A stretch of DNA of 64,000 nt. It comes from a virus. The DNA is taken from positions 26,320-90,319 of the IMG/VR virus record IMGVR_UViG_3300024264_000015; one strand, given 5' to 3'. Numbering within the stretch: the first letter of the stretch is position 1; every line of letters starts with the position of its first letter. The translations under genes and the position numbers were made by a program. Positions 21,240-29,802 of this stretch are shown piece after piece. The notes beneath the pieces were generated by a model that was not told the origin of the DNA, made no database searches, and saw only the letters and a program-made list of their open reading frames with translations.

Positions 21240-22143
21240 CTTGTTTTTTATATTCCCAAAAATTATTTATAAACCTTTCAAGTCTTTCTTCAGCATCGTC
21301 ATCAAAATCAAATATGATTCCTGAATTTTTTGCTGATAGAATCTTACGTATAGTATGCGAGGCTTTTGTCCCAGATACTGCATGGTAAATGCTTTCGTAT
21401 GTTAATAAATTCTTTTCTCTTTCTTTTTTAGTATGACTTATCATACCAAGTTTTTTGTTTAATAATAATGCTACTATGCCCATTTCACTGTTTGGCATTG
21501 TAGCAACTTCTTTACAGTTGTATAAAATTTCATGCCCACTTTGTTTTTTATTTAATACTTTATCTGCTCCAAAATCTTTTTTAAATTTAGCCATATAAAG
21601 TGCATTAGTGATAGGATGTGGTTTTATTACATAACCTTGTTTTATGTATTCTCTCATTCTACCCCAATGTATAACTCTATCTTTACATATTAAATTACTA
21701 CCTGGTGGAAAAATTACTTTATCATAATGTTCTTGTGTTTGTGCTAAAATGTATTTATCTTCTATACAATTTAGTATTTTTTCTATTCTTTCTTCGTCAA
21801 TTTCTATATCTGAATTAGCAATAGATAGCATTAACTTATCGTTAATTTTTATGGAATTTGTTTTTACATAAATTCCTCTACCTAAAAAATCTGTGTATAA
21901 CCACTTTCGTATTGTAAACAATTCATTTGTGTTAAACCAAACGTCATATTCAAATCTAACACCTTCTCTCCACTCTGGTATTACTCTTTGTTTGAACTTT
22001 AGTAATGCGTCTCTTTGATGGTCGGGTCTATAGCAAGAGCCTGATTTCATAAAGTGAGTAACCTTATCTCCAAGACTCTCATTACTTGCCATCGGAACTA
22101 ATTTATCTTTTTTGACTGGACTTTTATTTATTTTTAGTTCCAT
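21232..22143 (-). CDS. capsule-synthesis (KpsC/KpsS-like) GT-B protein
   Basis: YVIKPHP and VATMPNSEMGIVALLLNKK resemble the KxHP and T-x-NS-x-x-G-x-EAL motifs of that family. Confidence 0.55.
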   Translation of the reverse strand: MELKINKSPVKKDKLVPMASNESLGDKVTHFMKSGSCYRPDHQRDALLKFKQRVIPEWREGVRFEYDVWFNTNELFTIRKWLYTDFLGRGIYVKTNSIKINDKLMLSIANSDIEIDEERIEKILNCIEDKYILAQTQEHYDKVIFPPGSNLICKDRVIHWGRMREYIKQGYVIKPHPITNALYMAKFKKDFGADKVLNKKQSGHEILYNCKEVATMPNSEMGIVALLLNKKLGMISHTKKEREKNLLTYESIYHAVSGTKASHTIRKILSAKNSGIIFDFDDDAEERLERFINNFWEYKKQDD

Positions 22144-22282
22144 TCTTTAACTCAAATAATTGTGTTTCTATATTTTTTAATCTATCTTCTTGTTCTACGA
22201 TTGTGTCCATTAGTGCTACAACGATGCTTTCTAGTTTATCGTTGACATACTTGGGGGTTATATCTTTGTCCTTTAGTTTCAT
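22124..22282 (-). CDS. 52-aa coiled-coil protein (not in ORF track)
   Basis: Translated by hand: MKLKDKDITPKYVNDKLESIVVALMDTIVEQEDRLKNIETQLFELKNGTKNK*. Starts immediately after the stop of the Thr-rich gene. Confidence 0.7.
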   Translation of the reverse strand: MKLKDKDITPKYVNDKLESIVVALMDTIVEQEDRLKNIETQLFELKNGTKNK

Positions 22283-25200
22283 TTATTCTGTCCATGTTGA
22301 ACCGTCCCAGTAACTTGCACTAAAGTCGCTTATACTTGCGACTTCCGTGTCAAAGATTGTACCCGCCTGAGACGCTGTTATTCTTTCAAATACTGTGGTA
22401 CTCGTATTAAATGTAGTTGTGGTAAGGTGGTCAGTATCTCTAGTAGTTTCTGTTACCTTACCTGTGGCAAATGTTGTGGTTGTTGTTTTGCCTGTTTCAA
22501 ATTCTGTTGTTCTAGTAGTTTCAAAAGTAGTTGTTGTGTCATACGCTGTAGACTTAGATGTCGTTGTAGACCTATTTGTCTCAAATGTAGATACTGTACT
22601 TCTGCTTGATGCTGTATCTCTTGCAGTAAGTGTTGCTCTAGCAGTATTAAATGTACTTGTAGTTTCTCTACTAGATTGCGTAGCTCTAGTGGTTATTGTT
22701 CCTAAAGTTGTAGCATATACTGTTGTTGTATCTCTACTTGTAGTTGTTCCTCTAGCTGTATTGAACGTAGTAGTAGTTGCTCTAGAAGTTCCTGTTACTC
22801 TTTGTGAGCCTCTACTTGTTAAGTATGCTGTTTCATATGCAGTACTTCTTGATGTGTTTGTATTTCTAGTAGTTCCGAATGATGTATTATCTACATACGC
22901 TGTTGTTCTTGAAGTTTCTGTTCCTCTGCTTGTATTTGTGCTTCTACTTGTATTTGTACTTCTGCTTGTTGTAAATACTGTATTATCTACATATGCTGTT
23001 GTATAGTTTGTATTTACTAAGAATACAGTAGTGAAATTAGTACTATCTACGTATGCGGTTGTTCTTGTAGTATTCGTATTTCTTGTAGTTGCAAAACTTG
23101 TATTATCTACATAGGCTGTTGTTCTACTTGTTTCAGTAGTTCTAGAAGTGTTTGTTGCTTGTGTAGTTGTATATGCAGTTTCATTTGTAAATGATGTATT
23201 ATCTACATATGCTGTTGTAAATGATGTATTATCTACATACGCTGTTGTTCTTGAAGTATTTGTGCTTCTTGTAGTTGAGAATGAAGTATTATCTACATAA
23301 GCTGTTGTAAATGATGTATTATCTACATACGCGGTTGTTCTAGCTGTATTTGTACTTCTTGTAGTTGAGAATGAAGTATTATCTACATATGCTGTTGAGA
23401 AACTTGTATTATCTACATATGCTGTTGTTCTAGCTGTATTTGTGTTTCTTGTAGTTGCAAATGCAGTGTTATCTACATATGCTGTTGTAAATGAAGTGTT
23501 ATAACTTGTGTTGTTTGTAAATCCTGTATCTCTACTTGTGTTAGTGGCTTGTGTTGTATTATATGCTGTGCTATTTGTAAACCCAGTATTTCTACTTGTA
23601 TTCGTTGCTTGTGTTGTATTATATGAAGTAGAGTTTGTAAAGCCTGTATTTCTACTTGTATTTGTAGCCTGTGTAGTTGTTCTAGATGTATTCGTGTTTC
23701 TAGAAGTGTTTGTGTTTCTACTTGTATTTGTTGCTTGCGTAGTATTGTAAGCAGTATTTCTAGAAGTATTCGTGTTTCTACTTGTATTCGTTGCTTGTGA
23801 AGTATTGTAAGCAGTATTAAATGAAGTATTATTTGCAAATCCTGTAGACCTAGTTGTATTATATGAAGTATTACGTGCACCAGTTGCTCTAGTTGTATTT
23901 ACTTGTCTAAATGCTGAACTTGCAGAAGTACCTGTTCTTCTTTGATAAGTTCCAGAATATCCACTATTCTGACCACCACCCCAGCCGGAATAATAGTTTC
24001 CTGGGCTAGACCAGTATACTGTAGTAATTCTATTGTAGTAATAAGTCAGGTATGAAGTAGAGTCTGTAGTTGACCTTGTAGTTCCATAAGAAGTATTCCT
24101 ACTAGTATTTGTACCTCTAATTGTACCTCTACTTGTACCAAATGATGTGTTATCTACATAAGCTGTACTGTTTGTAAATCCTGTACCTCTAGTTGTTCCG
24201 AATGAAGTGTTGTCTACATATGCTGTACTATTTGTAAATGAAGTAGAGTTTGTAAATGAAGTACTAAAAGATGTGTTGTCTACATATGCAGTGCCTCTAG
24301 TTGTATTTGTATTTCTTGTTGTACCAAATGAAGTGTTATCTACGTATGCAGTACTTCTACTTGTGTTTGTATTTCTACTTGTTCCAAAAGAGGTGTTATC
24401 TACATAAGCAGTAGACCTACTTGTATTTGTACTTCTTGTTGTGCTTCTTGTTGTACTTCTCGATGTATTTGTTGCTTGAGTAGTTGTATACGAAGTAGAG
24501 TTTGTAAATCCTGTAGACCTAGAAGTATTTGTAGATTGTGTAGTTGTTCTAGATGTATTTGTTGCTTGAGTAGTTGTATACGAAGTATTATTAGTAAATC
24601 CTGTACTTCTACTTGTATTCGTAGACTGTGTAGTTGTTCTACTCGTATTAGTAGATTGTGTAGTATCATAACTTGTATTGTTACTAAATCCTGTACTTCT
24701 ACTTGTGTTAGTAGACTGTGTAGTTGTTCTACTTGTGTTTGTACTTCTAGCTGTATTTGTATTTCTTGTTGTACCAAATGAAGTGTTGTCTACATATGCT
24801 GTTGCTGTTCCATATACAGTAGTTCTAGAAGTGTTTGTTGCTTGTGTAGTTGTATACGAAGTAGAGTTTGTAAATCCTGTGTCTCTTGATGTATTTGTAT
24901 TTCTACTTGTAGTTACACTTGTATTAGAAGCTCTAGAAGTTGTTCTACTCGTATTAGTAGATTGTGTAGTATCATAACTTGTATTATTCGTAAATCCTGT
25001 ATTATCTACATAAGCTGTTGATGTATTATATACAGTAGTTCTAGAAGTGTTTGTTGCTTGTGTAGTTGTATACGCTGTCTGGTTTGTAAATCCTGTAGAC
25101 CTAGATGTACCAATTACAGTATCAAAACTTGTAACATATGTTGTAGTTGTATTGTAGTTGGTAGTAGTGCTACGTGCGGTATTAAAGGTCGTAGTAGTTG

Positions 25201-25699
25201 TATACGTAGTAGTAGTATCGTGACTTGTTAAAAAAGTGGTTGTAGTTGTATACGCTGTTGTAGTATTAAATACTGTTGTAGTACCTTGTGTAGTTGTAAA
25301 GGTAGTTGTAGTATTGAATGTTGTAGTAGTTGTAAATAGAGTTGTAGTTGTAGTGGTTGTATTATATGTTGTAGTCGTATTGTGAGTAGTGCTTCTACTT
25401 GTATTCGTAGCTCTATCCGTATCAAATGTTGTTACTCTATCTGTGTTATATGTTGTTGTTGTGCCACGAGTTGTATCAAATCCAGTAGTCGTATTAAACG
25501 CTGTTACCTGTACACCTGATATGGTAGTTCTAGCTGTTGCTGTATTTCTTGAAGTTTCGTGAACGACAGAAAATGGCCCTTCTAGAGCACCACTATCGTT
25601 TACGTATACTTCATTAACCCTTCGTATTGTGCCATTGTCGTTGATGGCGAGAAAGGATATCTGACGTAATGTACCATTGTCATTAACATATATTGCCAT
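22283..25699 (-). CDS. 1138-aa Thr/Ser/Asn-rich self-complementary repeat protein; predicted giant beta-hairpin fibre
   Basis: 4/6-residue units mirrored about residue ~577 with aromatic versus Arg/Gln/Lys complementarity; located at the end of the tail-fibre block. Confidence 0.85.
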   Translation of the reverse strand: MAIYVNDNGTLRQISFLAINDNGTIRRVNEVYVNDSGALEGPFSVVHETSRNTATARTTISGVQVTAFNTTTGFDTTRGTTTTYNTDRVTTFDTDRATNTSRSTTHNTTTTYNTTTTTTTLFTTTTTFNTTTTFTTTQGTTTVFNTTTAYTTTTTFLTSHDTTTTYTTTTTFNTARSTTTNYNTTTTYVTSFDTVIGTSRSTGFTNQTAYTTTQATNTSRTTVYNTSTAYVDNTGFTNNTSYDTTQSTNTSRTTSRASNTSVTTSRNTNTSRDTGFTNSTSYTTTQATNTSRTTVYGTATAYVDNTSFGTTRNTNTARSTNTSRTTTQSTNTSRSTGFSNNTSYDTTQSTNTSRTTTQSTNTSRSTGFTNNTSYTTTQATNTSRTTTQSTNTSRSTGFTNSTSYTTTQATNTSRSTTRSTTRSTNTSRSTAYVDNTSFGTSRNTNTSRSTAYVDNTSFGTTRNTNTTRGTAYVDNTSFSTSFTNSTSFTNSTAYVDNTSFGTTRGTGFTNSTAYVDNTSFGTSRGTIRGTNTSRNTSYGTTRSTTDSTSYLTYYYNRITTVYWSSPGNYYSGWGGGQNSGYSGTYQRRTGTSASSAFRQVNTTRATGARNTSYNTTRSTGFANNTSFNTAYNTSQATNTSRNTNTSRNTAYNTTQATNTSRNTNTSRNTNTSRTTTQATNTSRNTGFTNSTSYNTTQATNTSRNTGFTNSTAYNTTQATNTSRDTGFTNNTSYNTSFTTAYVDNTAFATTRNTNTARTTAYVDNTSFSTAYVDNTSFSTTRSTNTARTTAYVDNTSFTTAYVDNTSFSTTRSTNTSRTTAYVDNTSFTTAYVDNTSFTNETAYTTTQATNTSRTTETSRTTAYVDNTSFATTRNTNTTRTTAYVDSTNFTTVFLVNTNYTTAYVDNTVFTTSRSTNTSRSTNTSRGTETSRTTAYVDNTSFGTTRNTNTSRSTAYETAYLTSRGSQRVTGTSRATTTTFNTARGTTTSRDTTTVYATTLGTITTRATQSSRETTSTFNTARATLTARDTASSRSTVSTFETNRSTTTSKSTAYDTTTTFETTRTTEFETGKTTTTTFATGKVTETTRDTDHLTTTTFNTSTTVFERITASQAGTIFDTEVASISDFSASYWDGSTWTE
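22439..25498 (-). repeat. mirror-symmetric array of 12/18-bp (4/6-aa) units, e.g. TNTSR, AYVDNTSF, GFTNSTSY, TTTQ
   Basis: Direct reading of the translation, residues 68-1087. Confidence 0.9.
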
Positions 25700-25702
25700 T
25701 TT

Positions 25703-25924
25703 TTAACTCGAATAGACAAACCATACATGACCGTCACTCGTTCCTGAAGTATTTGTTGGTGCTGTTGTTGTTATTGTAAAAGGTAGTCTAGCTTTTGCGA
25801 TAGTACCAGAGCCAATCTTTCCTGATGCGACCGCTCCTTGAAAGTTTCTGCTAGAGTCAACTACCTGTGTTCCATCAATCTTGATACCTGCGTCTTCGAT
25901 GTTAAAATCTAATTTTTGTCCCAT
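25703..25924 (-). CDS. 73-aa fibre adaptor-like protein
   Basis: Ends TTAPTNTSGTSDGHVWFVYSS, a motif common in phage fibre proteins; in frame with the downstream gene. Confidence 0.65.
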   Translation of the reverse strand: MGQKLDFNIEDAGIKIDGTQVVDSSRNFQGAVASGKIGSGTIAKARLPFTITTTAPTNTSGTSDGHVWFVYSS

Positions 25925-25925
25925 T

Positions 25926-28900
25926 TTATACCTCTATTGTTGTTCTTATGAACTTGTATGCCATTGTGTCTGCACTTGCTGGCGTTACTCTTAATCTTAC
26001 ATTACCTGCACTTACATCTGCGTCAAATGTTGCTTGTGCTCCATTGTCAAAGATAGACGCGTACTGTGTTAAGTATACATCTGACCCATCATGGAATAGG
26101 AAAATTTCTAATGCTTGATAATCTGAATCTGTTGTGTTTTTAATCTGTACTACATATTTAGCAGTTCTAAATACAGTAGTTGCAAAACTATCTAGTGTAA
26201 ATACTGTCGTTGCAGATGAACTTCCTGTACCAACATCCATACCAGCTACTTCGTCTATGTGAAGTTTTTGTGGTGGATTAGTGTCTTGAATACCTATGCT
26301 ACCTGCTACATTTACTTTATTAGATGTGCTTCCACCAAACCCTAAATCTCCTCCAAATGTAATACTTCCTGTCATTGTTTTACCACCAAGTGCTGCACTT
26401 GATAATTGTGTAGTTGTTATAGAGTTATTTGCAATCTCACTTGACCCAATAGCGTTTGCTGCTATTTTACTGGCGTCTATAGCATTGTCTTGAATTTTTG
26501 CAGTTGTTACTGAATTACCAGCTAATTGTGCTGTATTAATTAGACCATCTTGTATAAAGCTAACGCTATTTATTGCGTTTGCAGCTAGTTGTGTTGCTGT
26601 GATAGAAGCGTTTGGTATTTTTGCAGAAGTAATAGCATTATCAGCTATCTCTACTGCTGTTATTGTACCATTTGGTATTTTAGCACCTGATACAGAGTTA
26701 TCAGCTAATTTACCTACTGTTACTGCTCCTGTGCCTATTTGTTCTTCTGTTACTGCACCTGAAGCTATTTTGTTTACTGTTACGGAGTTAGAACCAAGTT
26801 TTGCTTCTGTTACAGAACCAGTTGATAAATGAATAGCATCTATACTTCCTGTTACTAACTCTGCTGAATCAACGGAGTTAGAAGCAATATGTCTGGCTAG
26901 TACAGCGTCTGTTGCTAGTTTAGTAGCATCTATTGAGTTGTCAGCCATATTGCCTGTAGCAATAGTATTGGCTGCTATTTTTCCTGTTGTGACCGAGGCG
27001 TCTGCTAGATGCTCGTTATCTATACTTCCTGCAACATAATGTTCTGAATTTATAACATCATCTGCTATTTTTGTGCCGTCTACTATGTCTGCGGCTAAAT
27101 GTATTCTGTCTATACTGCCTGATACGAGTTCTGAACTGTCTACAGAGTTTGCTGCTAAGTGTAATGCTCCTACAGAGCCAGTAATTAATTCTGAAGCTCC
27201 GACAGCATTTGCTGCTATCTTACTAGCGTCTACAGCATTTGTTCCTATTTTTGCACTTATTACTGCACCAGAAGCTAACTGTGTAGAGCCTACTGCTCCT
27301 CCAGCTATTTCTGCAGCTCCTACAGCATTGTCTGCTATATGAGAAGCATCAATAGACCCTGTTGATATTTTATTAGCATTTATTGCGTTATTTGCAATGT
27401 TTGGCCCTGTAATAGTTTCTGAGCCTACTTTGGCACCAGTGACTGCGTCATCTGCTAAGTGTATAGTATCAATGCTACCTGTCACTAATTCTGCTGAATC
27501 TACTGAGTTTGCTGCTAGTTCACTTGCTGTTATGCTTCCTGCGACTATCTTACTTGCATTTACTGTGTTGTTTGCAATCGCACTTGCTGTTCCTGTTAAG
27601 TTACCTGTAACGTTGCCTTCTACATTTGCTACTATAGTACCTGTTGTAATTGTTAGGTCACCTGTTGAAGCACCTGTAAATGTGCCTGTACCTACTTTAA
27701 ATTTATCTTCACTTTCATCAAATCCTATAAATGCGTTATTTGAATCTCCTCTTTCAATTACTATACCAGCGTCTCCATTTGGAGACCCTGTTGTACCTGT
27801 ACCTAATTCTAATAATGGGTCAGATATTGTAGTTGTAGTAGAGTTAACAGTCGTTGTTGTACCGTTTACTGTTAAGTTTCCTGAAAGTGTAACGTTTCCT
27901 GTGAATGTTTGACCACCTAATGCATCTGATTTAAGTTCAGAAGCTGATACTGCATTTGCTGATATTTCACTGTTACCAACTGCATTTGCGGCTATCTTTG
28001 CTCCTGTTACAGCATTGCCTGCTATATGTATTGCATCAATAGAGCCAGAGATTAATTCTGCGCTGTCTACTGAATTGTCTGCTAGTTCGCTTGAACCTAC
28101 AGCACCTGCATTGATGTGTCTTGCTAGTATTTGGTCTGTTGCAATTTTTGCTGAAGTAACTTGGTTAGCTGCAATATGTATTGTGTCAATACTACCAGTT
28201 GCTATTTCTGAACTATCTATTGAGTTTTCAGCTATATGTGTTACATCTATAACACCTGTACCTATTTTTGCAGCAGTGATTGAATTATCCCCTAAATGTA
28301 TAGTATCTATACTACCTGTTACTAACTCTGCTGAATCTACTGAGTTTGCTCCTAAGTGGTCTGCTGTTATTGTTGCTGTAGGTATGTGTCTTGCAACGAT
28401 TGAATTTTGTGCTATCTTAGTTCCGTCTACTGCGTTATCTGCAATATTGGCTAAGGCTATTGTATTGGCGGCTATTTTTGCGCCTGTTACTTGTAAGTTT
28501 CCTATATGTGCAGTATCTATACTACCATCTACTAAATGTTCTGAATCTATTGAGTCATCTGCAATTTTTGAGCCACTTACTGCATCCGCTCCTATTTTTC
28601 CACTAGTTACTGCTCCTGTACCTATTTTTGCTTCTGTTACTTGTGAAGCTCCAATATGTATAGTATCAATGCTACCTGATACAAGTTCAGAACTATCAAT
28701 AGAGTTTGCAGCTATTTGTGTAGAACCTACACTATTAATTCCTACATTGGAACTATTTACTATTGCTGTCCAACCCATGTTAGCGTGTGCTGAACATTGG
28801 TAATACAATATTTGAGGAGTAGTACTCGTAACGGCAATTTCTGTGTATGCACCTGAACTTCCTGCTGTTCCGTTATTTGTAACTCCTGTAGTATAAGCCG

Positions 28901-29801
28901 TTGTTTTATTGGCTTCTAAATAAAATCTGAAAGGATGGTTAGCGTTTGACGAGTCATCTTGCTTAAATTTATAGGTATTCCCAGGTTGTAATACTAATAC
29001 TGGAGACTCTTTGCTTTCGAACTTATATCCTAGAGTGCTACCATTTCCGTAGTCACCATGTGCGGAAGTTTTTGTAACAACCGTTACATCATATTCATAA
29101 GTTCCAAATTCTTGAATTGATTTTGCGTTCTTGTGTATTTCACTTGAAGTAACATTATCAGCAACTATTTTTGCTGTACTCACTGAATTTGTGCTTAGTT
29201 TTGCACCTGTTACTTGTAAAGCTCCAATATGTATAGTGTCAATACTACCTGTTATTAGTTCGCTAGAGTCTACTGAGTTTGCGCCAAGTTGTGTTGAAGT
29301 AATACTCCCATCAGCAATATGATGAGCAGTAACTGCATTTTGGGCAATCCTCGCTGTTGTTATTTGATTTTCAGCAATCTTGTCTGTAGTTACAGCATTA
29401 TCAGCTATCTGTAATGTTTCGATTGCGTTTGTTGCTATCTCTGAAGTGTCTACTGAGTTTGCAGCTATCTCGTTGGAAGTAACAGCGTTAGCAGCTATTT
29501 TGGCTGTTGTGACTTGTCCTGTTCCAAGGTGAATAGTATCAATAGAACCACTTACTAACTCACTTGAATCTACTGAGTTTGCAGATATACCTGCGTTTGT
29601 TACTGAGTTATCTCCTACACCTGTTACCGCACTAGCTTGTAGCTGTGCAGCTCCAACAGAGTTTGTAGCAAGTTCTGAGGTGGTAATAGCATTAACTGCT
29701 ATTTCAGAAGCACCAATAGCATTTGCAGCTATCTTTGATGCTACTACACTATTGTTTCCTATTGAATCTTGTTGTACTAAAAATTTACCGATTAGTGGCA
29801 T
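25926..29801 (-). CDS. long tail fibre with 5/10-aa IAANAVTSAKI-type repeats and an inserted cupredoxin-like domain
   Basis: Extensive repeats; HPF...YYQCSAHANMG; GNLTVNGTTTTVNSTT motif; C-terminal RTAKYVVQI domain. Confidence 0.8.
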   Translation of the reverse strand: MPLIGKFLVQQDSIGNNSVVASKIAANAIGASEIAVNAITTSELATNSVGAAQLQASAVTGVGDNSVTNAGISANSVDSSELVSGSIDTIHLGTGQVTTAKIAANAVTSNEIAANSVDTSEIATNAIETLQIADNAVTTDKIAENQITTARIAQNAVTAHHIADGSITSTQLGANSVDSSELITGSIDTIHIGALQVTGAKLSTNSVSTAKIVADNVTSSEIHKNAKSIQEFGTYEYDVTVVTKTSAHGDYGNGSTLGYKFESKESPVLVLQPGNTYKFKQDDSSNANHPFRFYLEANKTTAYTTGVTNNGTAGSSGAYTEIAVTSTTPQILYYQCSAHANMGWTAIVNSSNVGINSVGSTQIAANSIDSSELVSGSIDTIHIGASQVTEAKIGTGAVTSGKIGADAVSGSKIADDSIDSEHLVDGSIDTAHIGNLQVTGAKIAANTIALANIADNAVDGTKIAQNSIVARHIPTATITADHLGANSVDSAELVTGSIDTIHLGDNSITAAKIGTGVIDVTHIAENSIDSSEIATGSIDTIHIAANQVTSAKIATDQILARHINAGAVGSSELADNSVDSAELISGSIDAIHIAGNAVTGAKIAANAVGNSEISANAVSASELKSDALGGQTFTGNVTLSGNLTVNGTTTTVNSTTTTISDPLLELGTGTTGSPNGDAGIVIERGDSNNAFIGFDESEDKFKVGTGTFTGASTGDLTITTGTIVANVEGNVTGNLTGTASAIANNTVNASKIVAGSITASELAANSVDSAELVTGSIDTIHLADDAVTGAKVGSETITGPNIANNAINANKISTGSIDASHIADNAVGAAEIAGGAVGSTQLASGAVISAKIGTNAVDASKIAANAVGASELITGSVGALHLAANSVDSSELVSGSIDRIHLAADIVDGTKIADDVINSEHYVAGSIDNEHLADASVTTGKIAANTIATGNMADNSIDATKLATDAVLARHIASNSVDSAELVTGSIDAIHLSTGSVTEAKLGSNSVTVNKIASGAVTEEQIGTGAVTVGKLADNSVSGAKIPNGTITAVEIADNAITSAKIPNASITATQLAANAINSVSFIQDGLINTAQLAGNSVTTAKIQDNAIDASKIAANAIGSSEIANNSITTTQLSSAALGGKTMTGSITFGGDLGFGGSTSNKVNVAGSIGIQDTNPPQKLHIDEVAGMDVGTGSSSATTVFTLDSFATTVFRTAKYVVQIKNTTDSDYQALEIFLFHDGSDVYLTQYASIFDNGAQATFDADVSAGNVRLRVTPASADTMAYKFIRTTIEV

Positions 29802-29802
29802 T

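Noticed and set aside
22395-24977. Val/Leu-rich + strand ORFs and alternative-frame ORFs over the Thr-rich gene
   Set aside because: They are shadow frames of ACN-rich repeat codons, with no SD and no independent features.
22800-25100. CRISPR array
   Set aside because: The repeats are in-frame coding units with synonymous variation and no unique spacers; no cas genes are present.
22439-25498. DNA inverted repeat or cruciform as the cause of the protein mirror symmetry
   Set aside because: In spot checks the codons for paired modules (TNTSR versus AYVDNTSF) are not reverse complements; the symmetry appears only at protein level.
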